A stretch of DNA of 64,000 nt from an uncultured Bacilli bacterium (lineage in GTDB: Bacteria; Bacillota_I; Bacilli_A; RF39; UBA660). The notes beneath the pieces were generated by a model. The model was not told the DNA's origin. It ran no database searches and saw only the letters and a list, made by a program, of their open reading frames with translations. Both the position numbers and the translations under genes were made by a program. The stretch covers positions 2,474 through 66,473 of the forward strand of contig CALVVF010000001.1 of assembly GCA_944363785.1 (NCBI GenBank), given 5' to 3'. Below, piece by piece: positions 42,734-52,803 of the stretch. The stretch's first letter is position 1. Each line of letters starts with the position of its first letter.

Positions 42734-43441
42734 GTGAATATAATAGATGCTTTAATTATATTATTTATTGCTTTGATGGGAGTTATTGGTTTTAAAAGGG
42801 GAGTAATTAAACAATTAGTTTCTACCGTTGGATTAGTGATTATCTTAATTCTTGCTTTTCAACTAAAAGATCCACTCGCTGAATTCCTAAGTTTACATTT
42901 ACCATTTTTCGATTTCTTTGGGGCTTTTAAAGGAGTTACCACTTTAAATATTATTTTATACCAGTTAATCTCTTTCTTAATTATTTTTGCTCTTTTAGAA
43001 ATAGTTTTAAATGTCTTAATTAGTATAACAGGAGTAATAGAAAAGATCTTTAAATATACGATTATTTTAGGAATACCATCTAAACTTTTAGGATTAGTAG
43101 TTGGATTAATAGAAGGCTTTATCATCGCATTTATTGTTTTATTCTTCTTTAAACAACCAGCTTTCAATATTAAACAATTTGAAGGTAGTGAATTAACGCC
43201 TAAGATTTTAAATTCTACCCCTGTTTTATCTGGATTTGCTAATGACTTAGTAGAAACTTTCCAAGATATATACACTCTTGGTGTAGAATATGGAGATAGT
43301 GATCCTAATACCTTAAATAAAGAAGCTATTGATGTAATGTTAAAACATGGTATTATCTCTACAGATTATGTAGTTAAATTAGTAGATGCGGATAAGATTA
43401 ACATTGTCGGTATCGATAGCATATTAAATAAATATAGATAG
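42734..43441 (+). CDS. CvpA family protein
   Basis: IDALII...GFKRG, SKLLGLVVGLIEG; position near rnhC as in Bacillus. Confidence 0.9.
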   Translation: MNIIDALIILFIALMGVIGFKRGVIKQLVSTVGLVIILILAFQLKDPLAEFLSLHLPFFDFFGAFKGVTTLNIILYQLISFLIIFALLEIVLNVLISITGVIEKIFKYTIILGIPSKLLGLVVGLIEGFIIAFIVLFFFKQPAFNIKQFEGSELTPKILNSTPVLSGFANDLVETFQDIYTLGVEYGDSDPNTLNKEAIDVMLKHGIISTDYVVKLVDADKINIVGIDSILNKYR

Positions 43442-43453
43442 GAGAATGATAGA

Positions 43454-43753
43454 ATGATTATAGAGTTAAAAGAAGAAAACTTTTTAGAAGAAATAAAAAA
43501 AGGAAAAGTATTAGTTGATTTTTATGCAACATGGTGTGGTCCTTGTAAAATGATGCATCCAGTTATTGATCAACTTGCAGAAGAACATAAAGATTTAAAA
43601 GTGATTAAAGTAGATGTTGATCAACATGAAGATATAGCTATGGATTACGGAATTATGAGTATTCCAACTTTAATCTTCTTTGAAAATGGAGAAGAAAAGA
43701 CTAAGAATATTGGTTTTACACCAAAAGAAAAGATAGAGTCTTGGTTAAAATAA
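43454..43753 (+). CDS. trxA: Thioredoxin
   Basis: DFYATWCGPCK, SIPT. Confidence 0.97.
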   Translation: MIIELKEENFLEEIKKGKVLVDFYATWCGPCKMMHPVIDQLAEEHKDLKVIKVDVDQHEDIAMDYGIMSIPTLIFFENGEEKTKNIGFTPKEKIESWLK

Positions 43754-43760
43754 TCAATGA

Positions 43761-43792
43761 AAGTGCTAATGAAAACATTAGTGCTTTTTTTA
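43761..43792 (+). terminator. Intrinsic terminator after trxA
   Basis: CTAATG-aaaa-CATTAG core hairpin + T tract. Confidence 0.65.
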
Positions 43793-43878
43793 TTATTTCA
43801 TAATCGTATTTGGATTTCGCCCTTGTCAAAACACCAACAGAAAGGTATACTATTATATAGTAGAATAGGAGTGGAATA

Positions 43879-45537
43879 ATGAGTCAGAAAAAATATTTTT
43901 TATTGATTATCATGCTACTCGGTGTTACTTTAGTAGTAACAGGAGTAAGTTATGCGTACTTTACCGCAATAGCGAATTCTGATGAACAAGTAGTAAAAAG
44001 TGGGGTATTAGAACTAACCTATCAGACAGAACAAAATATCTTGGCACAAAACATTATCCCAACCGAAGAAGAAAATGCCTCTATTCACAAATTTACTGTA
44101 GAAAATACGGGAACATTAGATGCCAATTATAATATTAGTTTTGTTGATATGAGCTTAACACAAAATAATATGGAGGTCACTTCATTTAATTTAAAATGGG
44201 CATTATATTTAGCCGATAGCGATTATACCGAAGGAACTCTTGTTAAAGAAGGTAACTTTTCCCCTAGTTCTGGTTATTTAAGTGGTGATGATGAGTTCGT
44301 CATTAAGACCAACATGGTTTTATCTCCTGAAGAAAGTCAAAGCTTTATTCTAAAAGTATGGTTACAAGAAACTGGTAAATTACAAAATGAAGATCAAGGA
44401 TTAAGTCTTAGATTAAAAATGCAGGTGGATACCTTAGAAAAACAAGAACCAACAGGAAAACAAAGTGTAATGCGAGAAAGAAATTATAATAATTCTACCG
44501 AGACCTTTTACCAATATAGTGATTCGATTACAAAAGTAGTATTCCAAAATAAAATGAGTCCTATTCCTGATGCTACCCATAGTTGGGATGTATCAAAAAA
44601 TAATGATGGTAACTGTATGGCTTATCTAGTATCAAACCAAGAAGAGACAGACCAAACTTATACTTTATATATTCAAGGAAATGATAAAATATATTTATCG
44701 AGCGGGTATTACTTATTTTCAGAACTTTCTAAATTAATCACAATAGAGAAAATAGAATATGTAGACACTTCTCAAGTAACAAATATGAGTAATATGTTTA
44801 ATAGATGCAGTAGTTTGACTAATATAGATTTAAGTCATTTTGATACTTCCCAAGTAACTAATATGCTTATGATGTTTAATAGATGCAGTAGTTTAACAAA
44901 CCTAGATGTTAGTCACTTTGATACATCACAAATAACAAGCATGAGTAGTATGTTTTCTGAATGCAGTAACTTAACTAATTTAAATTTAAGTAACTTTGAT
45001 ACTTCGCAAGTGACAGATATGAATAGAATGTTTTATCACTGCAAGAGTTTAGTAAATCTAGATGTTAATCACTTTGATACATCCCAAGTGATAGATATGA
45101 GTAATATGTTTTGGGGCTGTATTAATTTAACGAGTTTAAATTTAAGAAACTTCGATACATCAAATGTAACAAATATGAGAGAGATGTTTTATACTTGTGA
45201 TAGTTTAACAAGCCTAGATTTAAGTCATTTCAATACCTCGCAAGTAACAAATATGTATTATATGTTTAATGGATGTGATAATTTAAGAAGTTTGGATATC
45301 AGCAGTTTTGAAACATCACAAGTGACAGATATGGGTAGTATGTTTGCTAATTGTAATAATTTAACAAACTTAGATTTTCGCAATGCTATTTTTACAGCAG
45401 TAACTTCTTATGATAGCATGTTTTATGGTGTTCCATCTAGCATCCGAGTCATCGTAAAAGATGCTACAGCTCAGAGTTGGATACAAAATGCCCTAGATAC
45501 TGAAGGTGAAGGCGGTACAGCGATCATCGCATCATAA
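43879..45537 (+). CDS. Secreted protein: class-2 SipW/TasA-like N-module plus BspA/DUF285 LRR head
   Basis: GVSYAYFTA, FTVENTGTL, FILKVWLQETGKLQNEDQ; LDxSxFDTSQVTxMxxMF repeats. Confidence 0.88.
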   Translation: MSQKKYFLLIIMLLGVTLVVTGVSYAYFTAIANSDEQVVKSGVLELTYQTEQNILAQNIIPTEEENASIHKFTVENTGTLDANYNISFVDMSLTQNNMEVTSFNLKWALYLADSDYTEGTLVKEGNFSPSSGYLSGDDEFVIKTNMVLSPEESQSFILKVWLQETGKLQNEDQGLSLRLKMQVDTLEKQEPTGKQSVMRERNYNNSTETFYQYSDSITKVVFQNKMSPIPDATHSWDVSKNNDGNCMAYLVSNQEETDQTYTLYIQGNDKIYLSSGYYLFSELSKLITIEKIEYVDTSQVTNMSNMFNRCSSLTNIDLSHFDTSQVTNMLMMFNRCSSLTNLDVSHFDTSQITSMSSMFSECSNLTNLNLSNFDTSQVTDMNRMFYHCKSLVNLDVNHFDTSQVIDMSNMFWGCINLTSLNLRNFDTSNVTNMREMFYTCDSLTSLDLSHFNTSQVTNMYYMFNGCDNLRSLDISSFETSQVTDMGSMFANCNNLTNLDFRNAIFTAVTSYDSMFYGVPSSIRVIVKDATAQSWIQNALDTEGEGGTAIIAS

Positions 45538-45539
45538 GG

Positions 45540-45585
45540 AAAATGAGTTATTTATTAGCCTGAATAAATAGCTCATTTTTTCTTT
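45540..45585. terminator. Bidirectional terminator
   Basis: AAAATGAGTTATTTATT-agcctg-AATAAATAGCTCATTTT. Confidence 0.8.
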
Positions 45586-46905
45586 CTATTCTACTTGGAT
45601 GTAACCTCTTAGCTTTTTTACTTCTTCTAATTCACTGATCGTTACAAATTGAAATCCCTGTTCTTTTAAAATAGGGATAATTTTATCTAAAGCTTTCGCA
45701 CTGCGTTCAAAAATATCATGCATTAAAATAATATCCCCATCTTTAATATTCGTCGTTGCTTTCTCTACAATCCGATCGATATTCTTAATCTTCCAATCCT
45801 TAGTATCTACTGTCCATAAAACAATCTTTAAATCCGTATTTTTCCTGATCCTATCATTCACTGAACCATAAGTAGGGCGCAAGTACTTAGGTTGATAAGA
45901 AACCGTATCTTTCAAAATCTGTTGTGTCTTTTCCACTTGTTCTTTTAAACTACTAATCGATAGTCGGCTAAGCCATTTATGATTATAAGAATGGTTCCCC
46001 AGTTCATTATGATAAGCAATACTTTTTCTTAATACATCTTGATAATCTTCTACTTTATTGCCCAAGACAAAAAAAGTCGCACAAACCTCATACTTCTTTA
46101 AAATTTCGATAATCTCATTAGTATAAGCACTTGGTCCATCATCAAAAGTAAGTGCCACTACCGGCTTTTTAGGATCGATAATATTTTCTTCTATCTTTCC
46201 ACTTGTTTGTACTTGTTTAGGCTTATTCTTACTTAGTTTTATTTTAAGTGGTAATTCCTCAATCGGAAGTTTAACCGTAATCATTTCCGGATAATCACTA
46301 GCTAAAACCTCTTCTGGAAAATAAAAATAAAAGTAATCTTGATCAAAAGAAAAGTAGGGGTAATGAATAAAATCATCGGACAAAAGTTGTTCTAAGTTTT
46401 CAGGAAGAATAGAGTCCCGGTATTCTTCCATCATCATCGTTCTTATTTTATCGATAACGGTACCAAACTTTTCTTCCTGAAATAAATCCTTTAACTGCAT
46501 TTCTTTTTCCGTCTTACCGTTAAAATGATAAGTTTTAATATGCCAAGAGGGATACTGTAATTTATAACTATGAATATAGACAGTTAACGCAATACTAATC
46601 ACTTTATCTTCTGTTTCATAATACTGATAATCGATATTTAATTCATCTCTATCCATAAGATAATCACTATTTCCATACTGTTCATAGAAAGAAATATATT
46701 GCTTCACAATATCACTTTCTATTTTTTGATCTAAACGTTGAATATGAGTTTTCGGGTAATGAATACTGATTACCGCATCAGGATTATCTTCAACAATCGT
46801 CATGATTTCGGTCTTTTTTTCTTCTTTTTTAGGACATAAAAAACAAGAAACAATAATTAGGCTAATAATAAATAATCCCAGTATAATGATTCCTTTTTTC
46901 TTCAT
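45586..46905 (-). CDS. Membrane-anchored polysaccharide (peptidoglycan) deacetylase, PgdA/PdaC-like
   Basis: LTFDDGP, GNHSYNH, RPTYG, WTVDTKDW, ILMHD. Confidence 0.94.
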   Translation of the reverse strand: MKKKGIIILGLFIISLIIVSCFLCPKKEEKKTEIMTIVEDNPDAVISIHYPKTHIQRLDQKIESDIVKQYISFYEQYGNSDYLMDRDELNIDYQYYETEDKVISIALTVYIHSYKLQYPSWHIKTYHFNGKTEKEMQLKDLFQEEKFGTVIDKIRTMMMEEYRDSILPENLEQLLSDDFIHYPYFSFDQDYFYFYFPEEVLASDYPEMITVKLPIEELPLKIKLSKNKPKQVQTSGKIEENIIDPKKPVVALTFDDGPSAYTNEIIEILKKYEVCATFFVLGNKVEDYQDVLRKSIAYHNELGNHSYNHKWLSRLSISSLKEQVEKTQQILKDTVSYQPKYLRPTYGSVNDRIRKNTDLKIVLWTVDTKDWKIKNIDRIVEKATTNIKDGDIILMHDIFERSAKALDKIIPILKEQGFQFVTISELEEVKKLRGYIQVE

Positions 46906-46991
46906 CTACCCCACCTGCTAAATAATATGAGTTTTAAACAGATAATTGAACTAAAACGTGATATAATACTACTAGATGAAGGAGTGTTTCT

Positions 46992-48767
46992 ATGAAGGAT
47001 GAGATTAAACAACATATACGTCAAAAATTAAAACTAGTTCCGGAATTACCCGGTAGTTATCAGATGAAGAATAAAGATGGTATAATCATCTATGTAGGAA
47101 AAGCGAAGAACTTAAAAAATCGTTTAAAAAGTTATTTTACAGGGGCAGTAACAGGAAAAACCGCAATGTTAGTTGCGGATATCGTCGATTTTGAGTATAT
47201 TGTTACTTCAACAGAGTTAGAGTCCTTAATTCTAGAGATTACTTTGATTAAGAAGTATAATCCTAAGTATAATATTTTACTTAAGGACGATAAGAGCTAT
47301 CCTTATATTGAACTTACGGAGGAAAAATATCCACGGTTAAGAATCGTTCGTAACGTAAATCGTAAACGTCATAAAAGTCGTCTGTTTGGTCCTTATCCTA
47401 ATGTAGGAGCCGCTAGAAAGACCGTAAATATGTTAAACCGGATTTATCCCCTTAGAAAGTGTGAAAATCTAAAGAAAGAGTTATGTCTTTATTATCATAT
47501 TGGCGAGTGTTTAGGGTATTGTGAAAAAGAAGTAGATCCTAAACAACAAGAACAAATGATGGCAGAAATTGTTTCTTTCTTAAAAGGAAATAACGAAATC
47601 ATCATCAAACGTCTACAAGAAGATATGATGCGCGCAAGTGAAGCATTAAACTTTGAAAAAGCCTTAGAGTTAAAGAACATGTTAGCCGATATCGATATTA
47701 CCCTTTCTAAACAAAAAATCGATTTAAATAAGAACTATCATTTTGATTTGTTTGGCTTTTATCAAGATAAAAACTATCTTTCCGTTACAGTATTTTTTAT
47801 CCGTGAAGGCCTACTGTTTGGTAAACATAATGAAATCTTTCACAGTATCGATCAATTAGAAGAAGATCTAACCCATTATATTATTCGGTTTTATGATAAA
47901 AATAATCTACCTAAAGAGATTTTAGTATCAGAGAATGTAAATAGCGAATTACTTAGTGAATATTTAGATCGTAAAGTAACAACACCTAAGCGAGGAGATT
48001 TGAAAAAATTACTCGACTTAGCTTGTGAGAATGCGAAAGTTTCTCTTACTGAAAAATATGAAAATATCGAAAAAGAAGAGAATAATCGCTTACAAGTAGA
48101 AGAAGAGTTACGAAATTTACTTCATTTACCAAAACTAGAGCGAATTGAAGCATTCGATAACTCTCATCTTTTTGGTACGTTCTATGTAGGGGGTATGGTT
48201 GTTTTTGATCACTTCTTACCGAATAAAAACGAATATCGTAAATTTAAAATTACCGCCGAAGTAAAAGACGATCTCAGTGCGATGAAAGAAGTCATTTACC
48301 GTCGCTATTTCAAAGTGTTGATGGAAGAAGTAATTCCCCCAGATCTCATCTTAGTTGATGGGGGAGAACTACAAATAACAGCCGCTAAAGAAGTATTAGA
48401 AGAGTTACACCTTATGATTCCTATTGCTGGATTAAAGAAAAACGATAAACATAAAACCAATATCTTATTAAATCAAGATTTAGAAGAAATACCATTACCT
48501 AAAGATAGTAATCTATTCTTATTTTTAAATATCATTCAAGAAGAAGTTCATCGCTATGCGATCAGTTATCACCGAAATATCAAAAGTAAAGGCGCTCTTG
48601 CTTCCCTTTTAGATATGGCACCGGGAATAGGAGAAGTAAGAAAAAATGCCTTATTAAAGAAGTTTGGTTCCCTAAAGAAAATGAAAGAAGCATCATTAGA
48701 AGAATTAGAAACAGTATTAAATCACGATGTAGCTGTAAAATTTTTTGAATATTTAAAAGAATTATGA
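46992..48767 (+). CDS. uvrC: Excinuclease ABC subunit C
   Basis: PGSY...IYVGKAKNLKNRLKSYF, IEAFDNSH, LVDGG, EEVHRYAI, HhH. Confidence 0.98.
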   Translation: MKDEIKQHIRQKLKLVPELPGSYQMKNKDGIIIYVGKAKNLKNRLKSYFTGAVTGKTAMLVADIVDFEYIVTSTELESLILEITLIKKYNPKYNILLKDDKSYPYIELTEEKYPRLRIVRNVNRKRHKSRLFGPYPNVGAARKTVNMLNRIYPLRKCENLKKELCLYYHIGECLGYCEKEVDPKQQEQMMAEIVSFLKGNNEIIIKRLQEDMMRASEALNFEKALELKNMLADIDITLSKQKIDLNKNYHFDLFGFYQDKNYLSVTVFFIREGLLFGKHNEIFHSIDQLEEDLTHYIIRFYDKNNLPKEILVSENVNSELLSEYLDRKVTTPKRGDLKKLLDLACENAKVSLTEKYENIEKEENNRLQVEEELRNLLHLPKLERIEAFDNSHLFGTFYVGGMVVFDHFLPNKNEYRKFKITAEVKDDLSAMKEVIYRRYFKVLMEEVIPPDLILVDGGELQITAAKEVLEELHLMIPIAGLKKNDKHKTNILLNQDLEEIPLPKDSNLFLFLNIIQEEVHRYAISYHRNIKSKGALASLLDMAPGIGEVRKNALLKKFGSLKKMKEASLEELETVLNHDVAVKFFEYLKEL

Positions 48768-48817
48768 TATGATAAGAACCAATCTGAAGCAATATCTATA
48801 TTTAAGGGGGAGTAAGT

Positions 48818-49570
48818 ATGTCAGTAGTATATAATTTATGCGATTTATATGTAGGAGATATCTTTGTTGCGGGAAAGAATAAAAACTATTTTTTTCCTCA
48901 TAAAACAATCGTAGGAGTAGAAGAGAAAATTATCGATCCTCGCTTTTCTTCATTAGAAGTTTGGAAACAAGAAAAAGGAAATCATTATTCCTATCAATTG
49001 TTTCCCCATTTTTCTTCTTTTGGACAAGTCTTAGGCTTATATAAAGAGAAAAAAGAGCTCGATAACCGAAACCAGGGGTGTTATGTTTCTAATTTAAAAC
49101 CACTCTATGAGTATATGAACCAAATTGATAAACCATTTACGAATCAACATTTACTTCGCGCAACGTTTATTAATGAAGAGATGTTACTAGAGTGTTATAG
49201 TAAAATAAGAGCCTATGAGAAAGAAGAGAATAAAACGGAGTCTTTCTCTATGGAAGAATATCCTAATTTAGATTATCTTCATTATAAATTAGGTTTTCTA
49301 GAGGGTAGAATTAAACAATCTTCGTTAAGAAGTGGAGTACCTTTTCAAAAAGAAGAACAGGAACTAGATTTTGATAATTTTTATCAAATGGGTTTTCATA
49401 CAGCCGATCAATATTATCAATATCATCCTTTAGAGTTAGCAAGAACAGAAGGATTAGAAGAATTAATTAAACAACATTTCACAGAAAGTCTTACTTTGCA
49501 TAATATGATCTATGGTAAAGAAAAACCACTAGTAAAAGTATTAATAAACGAGGATAAAAAGCATGAGTAA
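48818..49570 (+). CDS. Hypothetical protein
   Basis: 250-aa ORF with RBS AAGGGGGAG; overlaps mutL start by 8 nt. Confidence 0.7.
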   Translation: MSVVYNLCDLYVGDIFVAGKNKNYFFPHKTIVGVEEKIIDPRFSSLEVWKQEKGNHYSYQLFPHFSSFGQVLGLYKEKKELDNRNQGCYVSNLKPLYEYMNQIDKPFTNQHLLRATFINEEMLLECYSKIRAYEKEENKTESFSMEEYPNLDYLHYKLGFLEGRIKQSSLRSGVPFQKEEQELDFDNFYQMGFHTADQYYQYHPLELARTEGLEELIKQHFTESLTLHNMIYGKEKPLVKVLINEDKKHE

Positions 49571-51341
49571 AATAAAAATAATGGATGAAATCTTAGCCAA
49601 TAAGATTGCGGCTGGAGAAGTAGTCGAAAGATGTATGAATGTCGTTAAAGAATTAGTAGAAAATGCGATTGATGCGAATAGTACAGAGATTAAGATTGAT
49701 TTAGAAGATTCAGGAGTAAAAAGAATTACGGTCACGGATAATGGTATCGGAATGGATAAAGATGATGCGGTGATCGCTTTTTCTAGACATGCAACATCTA
49801 AATTAAAAGTCGTCGATGATCTATTTAATATCGATAGCTTAGGGTTTCGTGGCGAAGCCTTACCGTCTATAGCTAGTGTTTCTAAAATGGAACTAAGAAC
49901 GAGTAATGGTAAAGAAGGAACTAAAGTGAACGTCGAAGGGGGTAAGATTCTAAGTATAGATTCTTGTGATTTAAGAAAAGGAACGATAATTACCGTAGAA
50001 AATCTTTTCTATAATACTCCTGTACGTCTTAAGTATTTAAAGAGTTTATATACAGAACTTGCTTATATTAGTGAATATATCGATAAGATGGCACTTAGTT
50101 TTCCGAATATTAAATTTGTGTTAACCAACAATCAAAAAACATTATTGAGTACGGATGGTAGTAATCGCCTGTTGAAAGTAATTCACGATATTTATGGATT
50201 ATCTGTTGTGAAAAAGATGGTTGCTGTTAAGAATGAAAATATGGATTATGAACTATCTGGTTATATTTCTTATCCGGAAGTAATGCGCAGTAATAAAAAT
50301 GCCATTACGACTTTAGTAAACGGTAGATTAATCAAAAATCATGATTTAATTCGGATGATTACCGATAGTTATCACACCTATATTCCTCCAGATAAATACC
50401 CGATCATCGTCTTAAAAATAGAAGTAGATCCAGCACTGATCGATGTAAATATTCATCCGACTAAAATGGATATTAAGTTTTCTAAGATGGATACATTGAA
50501 AGAGTTAATCACGACAACCATTAAAGACCAATTAGAAAAGTTAACACTAATTCCCGATGCTTCCTTAGAAACGAAAGTAGAGGGGGTAAAAACATCGATT
50601 AGAACCAATTATACCCCTAAGACTAACCTTGAATTTGATCCACAGGAAAAACAAAAAGAATACCAAGAATTTGAAAAAATGACTTTAAATTTTGAAGTTC
50701 AAGAAGAAAAAGCAACCTCTTTTTCTAAAGGCGAAGAACCAAAAACAGAAAAGAAAGAGCGGATTAAAAAAATGTATCCGGTCGGGTTAGTGCATGGAAC
50801 TTACATCATCGCTGAAAATGAAGAGGGAATGTTCATCATCGATCAACATGCGGCTAATGAGCGAATTAACTATGAGTACTATCTACACGAATTAGCTAAT
50901 CCCAAAAGGGTAACCACGGATCTATTAGTGCCCCTTACGTTAGAGTTTCCTACTAATGAATATCTACGTTTAAAACAAAACTTTTCGTGCTTAGATCAGC
51001 TAGGAATCACCTATGAAGAATTTGGCTTACAGACGATTGTGATTCGTTCTTTACCTGTATGGTTGACGAAAGCCAAAACAGAACAAGCCGTTCGTCAAAT
51101 CATCGATATTATCATTCAACAAGAAAACTTTCAATTAGAAAAGTTTTTCCATCATATCGCCGCAACCGTTGCTTGTAAAGCTTCAATTAAAGCCAATGAC
51201 CACATCATGTTAGAAGATATGGAAGTTCTACTGGAGCGCTTAAGAAACTGTGACAATCCCTTTACTTGTCCCCATGGTAGACCGACAATTATTACTTATT
51301 CCAAATATGATTTAGAAAAGCTCTTTAAAAGAGCAATGTAA
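49563..51341 (+). CDS. mutL: DNA mismatch repair endonuclease MutL
   Basis: IAAGEVVER, GFRGEAL, DVNIHPTK, DQHAANERINYE, CPHGRP. Confidence 0.98.
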   Translation: MSKIKIMDEILANKIAAGEVVERCMNVVKELVENAIDANSTEIKIDLEDSGVKRITVTDNGIGMDKDDAVIAFSRHATSKLKVVDDLFNIDSLGFRGEALPSIASVSKMELRTSNGKEGTKVNVEGGKILSIDSCDLRKGTIITVENLFYNTPVRLKYLKSLYTELAYISEYIDKMALSFPNIKFVLTNNQKTLLSTDGSNRLLKVIHDIYGLSVVKKMVAVKNENMDYELSGYISYPEVMRSNKNAITTLVNGRLIKNHDLIRMITDSYHTYIPPDKYPIIVLKIEVDPALIDVNIHPTKMDIKFSKMDTLKELITTTIKDQLEKLTLIPDASLETKVEGVKTSIRTNYTPKTNLEFDPQEKQKEYQEFEKMTLNFEVQEEKATSFSKGEEPKTEKKERIKKMYPVGLVHGTYIIAENEEGMFIIDQHAANERINYEYYLHELANPKRVTTDLLVPLTLEFPTNEYLRLKQNFSCLDQLGITYEEFGLQTIVIRSLPVWLTKAKTEQAVRQIIDIIIQQENFQLEKFFHHIAATVACKASIKANDHIMLEDMEVLLERLRNCDNPFTCPHGRPTIITYSKYDLEKLFKRAM

Positions 51342-51350
51342 GGAGTTTAT

Positions 51351-51932
51351 ATGGAACAACAATTACTAAAACGATTCGTTCGCGAAATTAAACAAGATCC
51401 CAGTTTATACACCTATTATTTAAATAGTTATTCTCCTATGGTTTTAGAGGAGTACTTAATGTTTTTAAGAAAACAATCCAAAAATAATTTTTCTTTTGCG
51501 AAAGCATTAAAACGATATCACTTAATTAAAGAAAGTGATCATCTATTAGAAACCGTCGCTCATGACGAATATAGTGTTACTTCTTACCTTGATCACTCGG
51601 ACTCGACGATTATTCAATCAGAATACGGAAAGTTAGTGATCCGTCAAGAACTAGATCCTAATCTTCAATTGGATCATAATACTTGTTATATCAGCAACGG
51701 TATTTATCGTGATACTGAAGCACTTGTTCATCATCTAGCTAGGGGAGGAAGTTTTGTTGTTGGGGTATGTGATAATGAAGACTCTCTCTTCTTTAAAGAA
51801 AATATAGAAGCACTAAAAGAATTAGAAAAAATAATCAAAAAGAGAAATCATTTTGAAATAAAAAAAGTTAAACACAAACAACATCGCGATACCTTTTATG
51901 CTCTTTACCATCGGGAGGGAAATGAACAATGA
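51351..51932 (+). CDS. Hypothetical protein
   Basis: 193-aa ORF with RBS AAGGAG; 4-nt overlap with miaA. Confidence 0.7.
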   Translation: MEQQLLKRFVREIKQDPSLYTYYLNSYSPMVLEEYLMFLRKQSKNNFSFAKALKRYHLIKESDHLLETVAHDEYSVTSYLDHSDSTIIQSEYGKLVIRQELDPNLQLDHNTCYISNGIYRDTEALVHHLARGGSFVVGVCDNEDSLFFKENIEALKELEKIIKKRNHFEIKKVKHKQHRDTFYALYHREGNEQ

Positions 51933-52801
51933 TTATTTGTATCGTAGGTCCAACCGGAGTAGGGAAGACCAAGTTAAGTATTGAACTAGCGAAGAAATTG
52001 AACGCAGAAATTATCAATGCCGATAGTATGCAAGTTTATCGCAAACTAGATATCGGAACCGCTAAAGTTAAAGAAGAAGAAAAAGAAAACATCCCTCATC
52101 ACTTATTCGATATTGTCGATGTTGAAGAAGAGTATAGTGTCTATGATTATCAAAGAGATTGTCGAAGAACTATCGAAGAGATTAGAAAAAGAGGTAAAAA
52201 CGTGATTATCGTTGGTGGAACCGGTCTTTATTTAAAAGCTGCTCTTTATGATTATCGTTTTCCTAAAGAAGAAAAAACAAATAGAAATAAAGATTTATCA
52301 AAAGAAGAAATTCTAGAAAAACTTCAACAATATACCGATGAGATCCCAGTTGATCCTAATAATCCTAGACGACTATTACGTCTATTAGAACGCTATGAAA
52401 ATAATACGGTCGAAGAAAAACGAGGTAACCAACCGTTATATGACTTTAAGATGATTGCCTTAACTTTAGATCGTGATCTTTTATATCACCGAATTAATCA
52501 AAGAGTAGATCAAATGGTAAAAGAAGGCTTGATCGAAGAAGTAAAGTTCTTCTATGATCAAAATATTCATAGCAAAGCATTAAAAACCGGGATCGGATAT
52601 AAAGAGTTATATGATTATTTCGACGGTAGTTGTTCCCGAGAAGAAGCAGTAGAGAAGATAAAGCAAAATTCAAGGCACTATGCCAAAAGACAATATACCT
52701 TTTTCCGTCACCAATTTCCTAATATTAAATGGTTAGAAGTAGACCTTAATCATTTTGAAAAAACAATTGAAGAAGCGATCCACATAATAGAAAGAGGATA
52801 A
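51929..52801 (+). CDS. miaA: tRNA dimethylallyltransferase
   Basis: GPTGVGKT, DSMQVY..LDIGTAK, VGGTGLY, IGYKE, YAKRQYTF. Confidence 0.98.
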   Translation: MIICIVGPTGVGKTKLSIELAKKLNAEIINADSMQVYRKLDIGTAKVKEEEKENIPHHLFDIVDVEEEYSVYDYQRDCRRTIEEIRKRGKNVIIVGGTGLYLKAALYDYRFPKEEKTNRNKDLSKEEILEKLQQYTDEIPVDPNNPRRLLRLLERYENNTVEEKRGNQPLYDFKMIALTLDRDLLYHRINQRVDQMVKEGLIEEVKFFYDQNIHSKALKTGIGYKELYDYFDGSCSREEAVEKIKQNSRHYAKRQYTFFRHQFPNIKWLEVDLNHFEKTIEEAIHIIERG

Positions 52802-52803
52802 CC

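Noticed and set aside
41699-43275. ORFs 41699-42076 (+) and 42859-43275 (-), and the other 60-100 aa nested or antisense ORFs in the track
   Set aside because: Shadows of well-supported genes, without RBS or motifs
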